Virus record (IMG/VR): IMGVR_UViG_3300020280_000014
Span: 1-24,191 of that record
Direction: 5' to 3' (one strand)
DNA: 24,191 nucleotides
Source of the DNA: a virus
Taxonomy: Duplodnaviria; Caudoviricetes
A program made the position numbers and the translations under genes. The notes beneath the pieces were generated by a model that was not told the DNA's origin, ran no database searches, and was given only the letters and a program-made list of their open reading frames with translations. Of the stretch, positions 1-8,361 are shown one piece after another; the stretch's first letter is position 1; every line of letters begins with the position of its first letter.

Positions 1-1
1 T

Positions 2-1105
2 ATGGGATTTGGTAGAAAGGTGGGAGCAACTGTATTAGGTTTATATGGTCTGTCCCAATTAGGGCAAGGAAATTTTGGAGAGGGTGCTGCAGGTATAGGA
101 GGTGCTGCTGCTTTACTTACACCTGAGATTCTTGGTGTTATATCTACAGTAGTTACAACAAGACTTGTAAAAAGTGGTCTCTTAGGCAGAGGTGCTGGTG
201 CAGGCACTATTGGTACCAGAGTTGCAGGTGCCTCAAGACTTAAGAATCCCCTTCTTATTACTGCTGCACTTGCTGCGTCATTCATATTACCTGGTCTTAT
301 AAGTTCTAATCAAAATGCAGACAGGAGAAGGCAACTTGATGCTACCAGAGTCATACGTGGTAGAGAGATAATAAACAAACCAGATGTAGATAGATTCCGA
401 GGTATATTGACACGTTTTGATAGTATTTTATCTAATATTTCTTTAGAAAGAAGAAGAAAGGGTAAAGATACTATAGATGAGGAAATTATATTAGACCCTA
501 GTGATAAGAAGGATGATCAAAATGATAATAAAAAAGATGATAATAATGAAGTTGTAATGCCACCAGGCAATGAAGGAACAACCACTGTTGTTGATGGAGA
601 AGGTAATGAGATAAACATCCCTGCTTTTACTAATGCACAAGGTCTAAGAGATCTTGGTCTCGATCCAAACAATTTTGCTATCAACTTGCGAACAGGTAAA
701 GTTGTACCAAAAGACGAATTAGGTCCTATGCAAAAATTTGGATTATTTTTGAATACACGTATTCGGAAGATGTTAGGGCAAAAAGGAGATATTGATATTT
801 CAGTAAATCCAAGTGATACCAACTTGAATCCTAATGTTGCAGTAAATTTAGAAAGTAAAATAGAACCAAATTCATCTCTCTTAGCAAATTTAAGCATTGA
901 TATGATAGAGGGTCGTACACAAAATGTTAGTGGGAATGAGGGAGGAAATCAAATAATAAATGTATCTTCAGGTGATAATCAAACCACACCTGTTTTAGGT
1001 GGGAGAACACCTAATCCTGTGTTTGTTAGTGTAGGAACGAAATTTGCTAGTATACCTAAATTTGAGTCTGCCTCTGCTCTTAGAACGTGGGGTGCCTTCG
1101 TATGA
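2..1105 (+). CDS. Tape-measure/baseplate-hub-associated (gp29-like region) virion protein, probably 5' partial
   Basis: ORF runs from the window edge. It has Gly/Ala-rich hydrophobic segments (GAAGIGGAAALL; LLITAALAASFILPGLI), then NADRRR plus an amphipathic helix (DVDRFRGILTRFDSIL) and an Asn/Ser-rich C-terminus. Lies upstream of hub and gp5 genes as in T4-like tail modules. Its TGA overlaps the next ATG (ATGA 1102-1105). Confidence 0.5.
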   Translation: MGFGRKVGATVLGLYGLSQLGQGNFGEGAAGIGGAAALLTPEILGVISTVVTTRLVKSGLLGRGAGAGTIGTRVAGASRLKNPLLITAALAASFILPGLISSNQNADRRRQLDATRVIRGREIINKPDVDRFRGILTRFDSILSNISLERRRKGKDTIDEEIILDPSDKKDDQNDNKKDDNNEVVMPPGNEGTTTVVDGEGNEINIPAFTNAQGLRDLGLDPNNFAINLRTGKVVPKDELGPMQKFGLFLNTRIRKMLGQKGDIDISVNPSDTNLNPNVAVNLESKIEPNSSLLANLSIDMIEGRTQNVSGNEGGNQIINVSSGDNQTTPVLGGRTPNPVFVSVGTKFASIPKFESASALRTWGAFV

Positions 1106-2913
1106 TAGAAAGAAAATTAAGCAAACTTGGTGGCGAAGTCACGAGAGCATCTTTATTTCTAACTCGTAACTTAAGTAACTCAATAACATTAGAGAGATCT
1201 CTTGAGAAAAAATCCCTTGACCTTAAAAGAAAAATCGTAGAAGAAAGAGGTCGTACATTAAGAACGATAGCGTCAAGAGATAAAGACTCACAAAGAGGAG
1301 GTTTATTAGGCGGTGCACTTGGGTTACTTGGTATTGGTGGTGGGGGTGGTCTACTTAGAAGAGGATTAAGAAGAACACCAAGATCTCCTTCTCAACTTCT
1401 AAGAATGCAAAGAGGTACATCTAGTTTATCTAGGGTGGGAAGACTGGGTAGATTGGCGAGACCTCTTGCTGCTGTGGGCACTGGATTAGATTTTATAGGA
1501 AGAAAAGCAGAAGGTCAAACAAATGTACAGGCAGGGGTAGGTGCAGCAGGTGGTCTAGCAGGTTCAATTGCAGGTGCAAAGACAGGAGCATTGATTGGCA
1601 CAGCGATTGCAGGACCTTTGGGTACAGCAGTGGGAGGTGTAGGTGGTGCTATTATAGGTAGTCTTGCAGGTGGAAGAATTGCAGATTTATTTACAGGTGC
1701 AAATAGGAGAAGGAGGTTTGAGGAACAGAGAACGATTCTTAGGACACAAAAAACTTTATTTTCTGATGCATTAGATGATTTTGATAAAGTTTTAGATAAA
1801 TTTGAAGATGTATCACCTGCATTAGTCTTACGACGTGATGATGATGAACCAGAAGAAAAAAAGGGTTTACGAAGACCTAAACCTAAACTACCATCTCCAG
1901 CAATACCATTTTTCCAAAGACCTGTTGTCAAAACTACAGGTAGAGTGCTTCTTGCAACAGCTCTTTTAGCATTTTTAGCATTCCAACTCAGGAAAGGTAA
2001 GATTGATGTAAAAACTTATCAACGAATACTTATGTTGGTAAGAAAAAAACCAGCATCATTTCAAAAATTACCACTTGAAAAACAATTAAGAATACTGCAA
2101 AAAGAACTAAAAGTAATTAATAAAACTAATAGAAAAATAAATCCTGAGGATGGTAGATTTTTTGCAAGAAGAAGAGTAAACCCAAATAAAAAAATAGAAA
2201 GAGAAATAACAGTAAGTATAAGAAAGAGTGCAAGTGCAATGAGAAATTTTTATAAAGAATCAGGATTTATTGATCCAAATAAGTTACGAAATATTGTGAA
2301 TGATAGGACTGCTACAGACATAACTGATCTTAATATATTGTTTCAGAGAAAAAAAATATCAAAAGCAACGTATGATTTGGCTAAAAATGCAATAGAATCG
2401 GCAAAGAAAGAAACGTTGAAAAGGATTGATCAATACGATGAAGCAATAATTGATTTCTTTACTAACCCGAAAAATTTTACTAAGACAGGACAACTTATAC
2501 AGAAAAATTTAAACGAATTGATCAAAAAATTAGATATATTTTCAGGAAAGGTGCCAACAGACTCAAGTGGGATAATAGAAAGAATAGAAAAAGCTGCTGG
2601 CACTCTCAAGGGAAAAGATTTTCAAGCTATGGATGATCTTATAGAATTTTTACAAAAAGGTATTCCATTCAAAAGAAAACCATTTGATCCTATTAATAGA
2701 TTGAAAGTAGATAATGATTTACAAAAACCAGATAGCACTAATCTTGCTCTAGCACCCATTGGTAATGTTTTTATTTTCAATAATCAAGAACCATCAGACC
2801 AAATAAATGTCATGGAAGGAAATAATAATATTGCCATCATTGGGAACACGGAAAATAGTTTCACATCTTTAAATAAATACGCTGAGTTCACCTCTGTTGC
2901 ATTTACGACATGA
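1102..2913 (+). CDS. Tape-measure-like/ejection virion protein with glycine zipper and Lys/Arg-rich domain (603 aa)
   Basis: Start placed at ATG 1102 (ATGA overlap) rather than GTG 1087. Long glycine zipper (GVGAAGGLAGSIAGAKTGALIGTAIAGPLGTAVGGVGGAIIGSLAGG), ANRRRR plus DALDDFDKVLDKFEDV helix paralogous to the upstream ORF, a TM-like VLLATALLAFLAF segment and a very basic central region. Confidence 0.5.
   Translation: MIERKLSKLGGEVTRASLFLTRNLSNSITLERSLEKKSLDLKRKIVEERGRTLRTIASRDKDSQRGGLLGGALGLLGIGGGGGLLRRGLRRTPRSPSQLLRMQRGTSSLSRVGRLGRLARPLAAVGTGLDFIGRKAEGQTNVQAGVGAAGGLAGSIAGAKTGALIGTAIAGPLGTAVGGVGGAIIGSLAGGRIADLFTGANRRRRFEEQRTILRTQKTLFSDALDDFDKVLDKFEDVSPALVLRRDDDEPEEKKGLRRPKPKLPSPAIPFFQRPVVKTTGRVLLATALLAFLAFQLRKGKIDVKTYQRILMLVRKKPASFQKLPLEKQLRILQKELKVINKTNRKINPEDGRFFARRRVNPNKKIEREITVSIRKSASAMRNFYKESGFIDPNKLRNIVNDRTATDITDLNILFQRKKISKATYDLAKNAIESAKKETLKRIDQYDEAIIDFFTNPKNFTKTGQLIQKNLNELIKKLDIFSGKVPTDSSGIIERIEKAAGTLKGKDFQAMDDLIEFLQKGIPFKRKPFDPINRLKVDNDLQKPDSTNLALAPIGNVFIFNNQEPSDQINVMEGNNNIAIIGNTENSFTSLNKYAEFTSVAFTT
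2872..2879 (+). promoter_or_regulatory. T4-type late promoter (AATAAATA)
   Basis: Matches the NATAAATA gp55-type late consensus, 30 bp upstream of ATG 2910. Confidence 0.6.
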
Positions 2914-4157
2914 ATAAAAATGTGTTATGGACTAAAGGTCATGTCATCAAGGAATTCAAAGTGTTTCCTGATGATAGAGGTGGAGACTATGTTGATGTTG
3001 GTCTACAATTAAGTTACATCAAGTACTATGAAGACGTAATAGACCCATCGTTACACGTTGAGATCAGTGTGTTAGACGCTTTAGGAATAATTAATAAATT
3101 ACCTATAAGGAGTGGATCAGCAGTCAGACTAAAATATGCACACCCCAGTCAACAAGAAGAGGTGACACTTGAATTAGTCATATCTAACATAATAGGTCAT
3201 ACCATTGATCAAAAAAGAGAAATTTATATGCTAACCTGTGAAACAAAGACAGCGTTGTCAAATGAGACGACAAGAGTTATAAAAAAATATAAAGGGTCTA
3301 TTTCAAATTCAGTCAAGGATTTAGTAAAATTAATTGGTGCAAAGGTCAACGTTGATGAGACCGCTAATGAGAGTGAGTTTTTTGGAAATTATAGAAGACC
3401 ATTCAAGTGTATAGCAGATCTGTGTAAAAAATCAATACCTACTACATTCTCAAAAGGTGGTGCAAATTCTGGAACTGCTGGATTTTTATTCTACGAGACT
3501 TTAGATGGATATCAATTCAAAAGCATTGATAAGTTATTTGCAGGTGAACCAATTGAAGATGAATATGTAATGACACCTGTCAAGGTGCACGTTGACCCAA
3601 AAAATAATTTTTTTGTGGCAAGCGAACCAAATTTCAAGGAGAGTCATGATATTGTCAAGAAATTGAGAGCAGGTTCATATAGCACAGCTAATTGGTATTA
3701 CGATGTTATTACACGAAAGGTAGAGTTTCACAATTTTAAGTATAATAAAAGTGTAGAGAAAGCAAATGATGAGGATGTAACACCTAAAGATTATAGAGAT
3801 TTTTATTCTAGAATCATTTTGGGAACTATTGATCAAGGTACTACTACCATACCTCCAGAGGGTAAAGATTTAGCAACACCACAGGATCAAGCACGAACAC
3901 AGGCACAAGCATCAGCAAGATACTCTGCTTTATTCTCACAAATGCTTGATATTACAATTCCTATGAATCTTTCATTGAGGGCAGGGATGATGCTCAAGAT
4001 CAGATTTCCTAACATAAATACTGATAGGAGTATTCCTAAAAACTCACCTGAGAGTGGCAATTATATGATTGCCAGATTATCTCATGAATTGGGTAACACG
4101 GATGGTGACTTTACTGGACTTACTCTCGTTAGAGATTCATTTACCACACACGAGTAA
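2910..4157 (+). CDS. Baseplate hub protein (T4 gp27/Mu gp44/VgrG-head-like)
   Basis: 415 aa. N-terminal YYEDVIDP...ISVLD...LPIRSG and C-terminal LDITIPMNLSLRAG...SGNYMIARLSHE...LTLVRDS are typical of gp27-family hubs. Lies just upstream of cp12 and gp5; ATGA overlap with the previous gene. Confidence 0.65.
   Translation: MNKNVLWTKGHVIKEFKVFPDDRGGDYVDVGLQLSYIKYYEDVIDPSLHVEISVLDALGIINKLPIRSGSAVRLKYAHPSQQEEVTLELVISNIIGHTIDQKREIYMLTCETKTALSNETTRVIKKYKGSISNSVKDLVKLIGAKVNVDETANESEFFGNYRRPFKCIADLCKKSIPTTFSKGGANSGTAGFLFYETLDGYQFKSIDKLFAGEPIEDEYVMTPVKVHVDPKNNFFVASEPNFKESHDIVKKLRAGSYSTANWYYDVITRKVEFHNFKYNKSVEKANDEDVTPKDYRDFYSRIILGTIDQGTTTIPPEGKDLATPQDQARTQAQASARYSALFSQMLDITIPMNLSLRAGMMLKIRFPNINTDRSIPKNSPESGNYMIARLSHELGNTDGDFTGLTLVRDSFTTHE
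4013..4020 (+). promoter_or_regulatory. Candidate late promoter (CATAAATA) inside the hub gene, upstream of cp12/gp5
   Basis: NATAAATA match about 140 bp upstream of the cp12 ATG (4159). Confidence 0.45.
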
Positions 4158-4158
4158 C

Positions 4159-4386
4159 ATGAAAACAATCGAAGACCACATTCAGCATGACAAAGAACTT
4201 CTTGCTGATCCAAAAACCTCAGAACCCATGAGGAGACATACTCTTGATGAGTTACACGAACTTGAAGAGTACGTCGATCATCATCATGATGAGATAGAAG
4301 CAGGTGATCATCACGATCCAAATGCTTTAGAATTATTTTGTGATATGCACCCCGACGAACCTGAGTGCTTAATGTACGATGACTAA
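4159..4386 (+). CDS. cp12: CP12 Calvin-cycle inhibitor (auxiliary metabolic gene), marine C-terminal-Cys-pair type, 75 aa
   Basis: MKTIEDHIQHDK...HHDPNALELFCDMHPDEPECLMYDD carries the diagnostic CP12 C-terminus LExxCxxxPxxxECxxYDD. No N-terminal Cys pair. Start at ATG 4159, 1 nt after the hub stop, not 4069. Confidence 0.95.
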   Translation: MKTIEDHIQHDKELLADPKTSEPMRRHTLDELHELEEYVDHHHDEIEAGDHHDPNALELFCDMHPDEPECLMYDD

Positions 4387-6413
4387 TGCTTGAGACAAGA
4401 CACTCAAACACAGAATTCCTTGGTAAGGATGGTTTTCAGTGGTTTATTGCACAGGTTGCACCTGATAAGGCATGGAGAACTGAAGACAATCAATCCTTTA
4501 ATAATGGTTTCAGAGCAAAGATAAGGATTCTAGGATATCACCCTCATCAAAATGAAAAAGAGGGAGGTATCTCGGATGAAAATTTGCCTTGGGCACACTT
4601 TTTAGTTGCACCTCAATTTGGTGCAGGTAATAATAACACAGGTACCTCATTCGCATTACAAGGTGGTGAGATGGTGGTTGGTTTCTTTCTTGATGGAGAA
4701 GAGGCACAACAACCTGTGGTCATTGGTGCATTTTTTGCAAATTATAATATTGAAGATATAGTATCATACAATGAAGCTCTGAAGAAAGGAACCACTGGTT
4801 TTGGTGCACTATCATTTGATCATTTATTGAATAATGCTGATGGTAACTCGCTAATAAATGATGAAAAACCTAAGACTTCTGGTATAATCATTGACAGTGA
4901 TGGGTATGTACCAAACAATAGTAAGATAAAGACAAAGACAAAATTAAAAGAAAATGATAATGTTATTAAAAAAGTAAGACTTTCATCTGCTGAGTGTGAA
5001 GATGCAAAGCAAAAAATGAGTAATATCTCAAAAGCTCTGCAAGAAATTTTTGAAGTTTTCTCAAAGTTGACACCTTTCTCTGGTGGATTTATTGATCCTG
5101 TTTTAGGTAAAATTATTGATTTTGATAAAGAGTTGGATAAAGCGGTAAGAGAAATTTCAGGTGCCATGGCAGGGTTGATAAGAGGAGTAAGGTATAAAGC
5201 GTTTGATGAAATCAATAAAAAAATAAACGAGAAATTAGATTTCTTATCACCCACTTGGCTTACAGATAGTATAAAGGCAAAAAAACTCAAGGATGGTTTT
5301 TATTGTGCTATTGAAAATGTCCTAAAGGGATTGCAAAATTTTATCAAAAAATTCTTGAAAGAATTGTTTGGTAAGGTTGTAAATATCCCCTTATGTGCAG
5401 CTGAACAATTCTTAGGGGGATTGATAGCAGGTATAACAGATAAAATTCAATCGGCAATAGCACCTATTCTTGGTGCTTTGAGTGCTTTTACAGGTAAAGC
5501 GATGCCAAGTTTTTCAGGTTTGATGGCAGATGCTTTAGGACGTGTAAGTGCAGCGAAAAAATTATTTGATTGTACAGGTGGTAAGTGTGACGATGCATTT
5601 GATTTTGTATTGAATGCAGGTCCTGATCCAAAAAATCTATTAAAATTAGATAATATCCTTAGTAGATTTCATACTCTCAATGGCAGTGGTCTACCTAATC
5701 TTTTAGATGATCTTGTAGACTTATCTTTTCCAAATCAAGCAAAGATAGGCGACACCACTGGATCTCCAAGTGGTTCATCACCACTAGCAGGTTTGGTAGA
5801 TGGTTGTAATGTTTCATCCAAACAATGCTATCCACCTAGAGTGGTGATATTTGGTGGTGGAGGTATTGGTGCAGCAGCTGATGCAGTGGTCAACGAGATA
5901 GGAGAGGTGATAGGTGTAAGAATGCAAGACACAGGTGTAGGATATCTTGAACCTCCTTTTGTATCAATTGTTGATGATTGTGATATTGGAAGAGGTGCTA
6001 CTGCAGAAGCGATTGTCGAAGATGGTGAGGTGATAAACATCATCATATCTAATGGAGGTTCAAATTATTTGGGTGGTGAACAAATTGCAGACACTGAAGG
6101 TGTAGATGTTATAGGTGAGGTTGATGGTGTAAAAGTGGTTTCGACTGGTGCAGGTTATCAAGAGGGTGATCTTATTGTAAGTGATAGTGGTCAAACACTA
6201 ACACCAGTGATTGAAGATGGTAGAATAGTCGGTGGTTATGGCAAAGTTGATCAAGGTTTATCAGAAATACCTGCTTTTACAATTCAAAGCGAGACTGGAT
6301 TTGGTGCAGATGTTATACCTATAACTAGATTTGTCAAGCGTGAGGCATACACTGATCCTATTGTACCTCAAGCTAAAATAATCACTGTAATCAGTTGTCC
6401 TAGATTTTATTAA
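4386..6413 (+). CDS. gp5: Baseplate hub/central spike protein gp5 (N-terminal Gp5 OB fold; no recognisable lysozyme domain)
   Basis: N-terminal GKDGFQWFIAQV...RAKIRILGYH...LPWA...GEMVVGFFLDGEEAQQPVVIG is the T4 gp5 OB-fold signature. Then a helical Cys-containing region and GxGA-x-A...GxGY beta repeats. TAATG overlaps at both ends. Confidence 0.85.
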   Translation: MLETRHSNTEFLGKDGFQWFIAQVAPDKAWRTEDNQSFNNGFRAKIRILGYHPHQNEKEGGISDENLPWAHFLVAPQFGAGNNNTGTSFALQGGEMVVGFFLDGEEAQQPVVIGAFFANYNIEDIVSYNEALKKGTTGFGALSFDHLLNNADGNSLINDEKPKTSGIIIDSDGYVPNNSKIKTKTKLKENDNVIKKVRLSSAECEDAKQKMSNISKALQEIFEVFSKLTPFSGGFIDPVLGKIIDFDKELDKAVREISGAMAGLIRGVRYKAFDEINKKINEKLDFLSPTWLTDSIKAKKLKDGFYCAIENVLKGLQNFIKKFLKELFGKVVNIPLCAAEQFLGGLIAGITDKIQSAIAPILGALSAFTGKAMPSFSGLMADALGRVSAAKKLFDCTGGKCDDAFDFVLNAGPDPKNLLKLDNILSRFHTLNGSGLPNLLDDLVDLSFPNQAKIGDTTGSPSGSSPLAGLVDGCNVSSKQCYPPRVVIFGGGGIGAAADAVVNEIGEVIGVRMQDTGVGYLEPPFVSIVDDCDIGRGATAEAIVEDGEVINIIISNGGSNYLGGEQIADTEGVDVIGEVDGVKVVSTGAGYQEGDLIVSDSGQTLTPVIEDGRIVGGYGKVDQGLSEIPAFTIQSETGFGADVIPITRFVKREAYTDPIVPQAKIITVISCPRFY

Positions 6414-7009
6414 TGGCAAAAGCGAAAAAAGACAAGAGTAAAATACCTCCTATTATTATAAACCACAATGAAAGTGGTCACATAATCATGGGGGCAGAGG
6501 GAAAAGACTCCAGTCGACCAAGAGACATAGGTCTATATGCGAGCAAATCAGATAATCATCTGAGACTTTTCAGAGACGGTGGTTTTGAATTACAATCGAG
6601 TGCAACTGCTGATCCTAAAGATGGTAAACGAAATCAGAAAGACGGTTCTCAAATTGTACAGTCTTGTACAAACGCTCCACTTACCATAACATCTGAGGGT
6701 GACATAAACATTGTTTGTAAAAGAACATTTACTGTAAAAGCAGAGCGTATAGACCTTCATTCATATGCAGATGATGGAGTAGGTGTAAATGTGCATGGAG
6801 AGAGTGACGTAAGAATTTCTGCAGGCAGAGATTACATTGTGACTGCAGAAAACGTCACGCATGATGCTAAAGAAAGAATCTTGTCACACTCTGAGGGATG
6901 GACTATACTAATAGGACAGTGTATTAGATTACATGAACCAATAACAAAGATATGCCCTGCGTTCATGAGAGAATATATAGATCAACAAATAAAAAATCTA
7001 AAGGGTTAG
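6413..7009 (+). CDS. Putative spike beta-helix protein (gp5 C-terminal/VgrG needle-like)
   Basis: 198 aa, coupled to gp5 via TAATG. Periodic strands LTITSEGDINIVCKRTFTVKAERIDL and VNVHGESDVRISAGRDYIVTAENVTHDA resemble gp5/VgrG triple beta-helix repeats. Confidence 0.5.
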   Translation: MAKAKKDKSKIPPIIINHNESGHIIMGAEGKDSSRPRDIGLYASKSDNHLRLFRDGGFELQSSATADPKDGKRNQKDGSQIVQSCTNAPLTITSEGDINIVCKRTFTVKAERIDLHSYADDGVGVNVHGESDVRISAGRDYIVTAENVTHDAKERILSHSEGWTILIGQCIRLHEPITKICPAFMREYIDQQIKNLKG

Positions 7010-7010
7010 T

Positions 7011-7838
7011 ATGGCAGAAATGAGAGACCTTTCTACAGGGAAGGTTTACATAGGACCTGAGTTTCCAAGAAAACAAGATCAATCAAAAGAAACTTTAGAT
7101 GGTGACAAAGAATTTGAGGGTACACTTGCAGCAGTCGGACCTGTGTTTCTTGGTGAGCATAGTGATACTGCCTTTGGTAATGTGAACATAGGAACTTCTC
7201 AATTTGGTTTTACAAATTTTAAACCTGCGGTAAAAGGTCTAGCTCTTAGTGTGGAGGGTGATGTTGAGATTGCAGGAGATCCTTTTGGAGATAATTACCC
7301 AAATGCTGTAATTATACAAGGTGATTTATTGGTGACAGGTAGAATTGATGGAGGCAATAAAGGTAGACTCGCCTCTAGATTTGGAACTGCTGATGCATTA
7401 GGTAAGTCTTTTGATATAAAACATCCTACTAAAGAAGGATATAGACTTAGATATGCATGTGTTGAAGGTCCAGAGGTAGCAATATATCATAGAGGTAGAT
7501 TGAAAGACTCTGACACTATTGAATTACCAGATTACTGGAAGTCCATGGTGTATAATGATAGCATTTCAGTGCAGATCACTCCTATCGGGAGACAAGAAGA
7601 CATTTATGTCAAGTCATTTGACAATGAAAAAATCGTATTAGAATCTGATTCAGATATTGATTGTTTTTACCATGTATATGGTGAGAGAAATGATATAAAC
7701 CCACTTATTGTAGAGTATGAAGGTGAGACATGGGAAGATTATCCTGACCCCAACCTCAAACTTGATCCCTCTGATAAAGATAGAAATATTAAGGATCCTA
7801 ATTATGACACTGGTCAAAATACCAAAACTGTTATATAA
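7011..7838 (+). CDS. Spike-associated protein with C-terminal KxFxIxHP...EGPE...IELPDYW domain
   Basis: 275 aa. Short beta repeats (LSVEGDVEI, IIQGDLLVTG), then KSFDIKHPTKEGYRLRYACVEGPEVAIYHRG...IELPDYW...VQITPIG...CFYHVYGER, a domain I recognise from C-termini of marine phage fibre/spike proteins. Confidence 0.55.
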   Translation: MAEMRDLSTGKVYIGPEFPRKQDQSKETLDGDKEFEGTLAAVGPVFLGEHSDTAFGNVNIGTSQFGFTNFKPAVKGLALSVEGDVEIAGDPFGDNYPNAVIIQGDLLVTGRIDGGNKGRLASRFGTADALGKSFDIKHPTKEGYRLRYACVEGPEVAIYHRGRLKDSDTIELPDYWKSMVYNDSISVQITPIGRQEDIYVKSFDNEKIVLESDSDIDCFYHVYGERNDINPLIVEYEGETWEDYPDPNLKLDPSDKDRNIKDPNYDTGQNTKTVI

Positions 7839-7874
7839 TAAAAATTGCTAGATAGTATAGTATGTTAGAATCTA

Positions 7875-8132
7875 ATGCCAAAAATTAATGGGTCTGTCTC
7901 AACTAATGGAGTTGTCAAAGTTGACGGAATTATAGAATTACCAGAATACTGGGGTAAACTTATACCAGAGACGATAAGAGTAAATGTGACACCAAAGGGT
8001 GTGTGGCAAGAATTATATGTTGCAGAAATTCAGTATGGTAGTAAAATTATCATAAAAAATGCAGCAGGTGGACCTATTGACGCATATTATAATGTCTATG
8101 CAGTACAAGAGAAACCCCTGTCTGATATTTGA
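7875..8132 (+). CDS. Small protein; stand-alone paralogue of the C-terminal domain of 7011..7838
   Basis: IELPEYW...IRVNVTPKG..QELYV...IDAYYNVYA aligns with IELPDYW...ISVQITPIG.QEDIYV...IDCFYHVYG. Confidence 0.75.
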   Translation: MPKINGSVSTNGVVKVDGIIELPEYWGKLIPETIRVNVTPKGVWQELYVAEIQYGSKIIIKNAAGGPIDAYYNVYAVQEKPLSDI

Positions 8133-8161
8133 CTTTGAGTATCGGTGTGCTATACTAAATA
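8129..8161 (+). promoter_or_regulatory. Host sigma70-type (early) promoter with extended -10, overlapping a late-like ACTAAATA
   Basis: TTGACT (8129-8134), 16-bp spacer containing TG at 8148-8149, TATACT (8151-8156); ACTAAATA at 8154-8161; ATG at 8176. Confidence 0.75.
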
Positions 8162-8175
8162 AAACTTCAAATACT

Positions 8176-8361
8176 ATGTTTACCGATCAATACGTTGACC
8201 GCTTAGAAATCTGCCTATCTGGTAAGTGGTTCAGAATCTATGGTTCTGAGGCAGATATTAAAAAAATAGAGTGTGATGACGTTGATCAGTTTATGAGAGT
8301 TCTTGAAGTCGCTAAAGTAGCAGAGGAGATCGATGACACAATCAAGGTGGTCTATGTCTAA
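8176..8361 (+). CDS. Small acidic cyanophage hypothetical protein (61 aa)
   Basis: MFTDQYVDRLEICLSGKWFRIYGSEADIKKIECDDVDQFMRVLEV... Start at ATG 8176 downstream of the promoter; the 8059 start would overlap the upstream gene and the promoter. Confidence 0.7.
   Translation: MFTDQYVDRLEICLSGKWFRIYGSEADIKKIECDDVDQFMRVLEVAKVAEEIDDTIKVVYV

Noticed and set aside
2043-2356. Poly-A runs as programmed frameshift or phase-variation sites
   Set aside because: Runs of 7-8 A are expected in Lys-rich AT-rich coding sequence; the frame is intact and no useful alternative frame follows.
4069-4158. N-terminal extension of CP12 in the ORF track (also the 1087, 8059 and 8333 starts)
   Set aside because: The extensions overlap upstream genes or the promoter; the downstream ATGs at 4159, 1102, 8176 and 8354 fit coupling, RBS and family length better.
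7831-7874. Possible promoter before ORF 7875 (TTGCTA...TGnTAGAAT; CTAGATA)
   Set aside because: The spacer is only 15 bp and the -10 ends 3 nt before the ATG; CTAGATA deviates from the late consensus.
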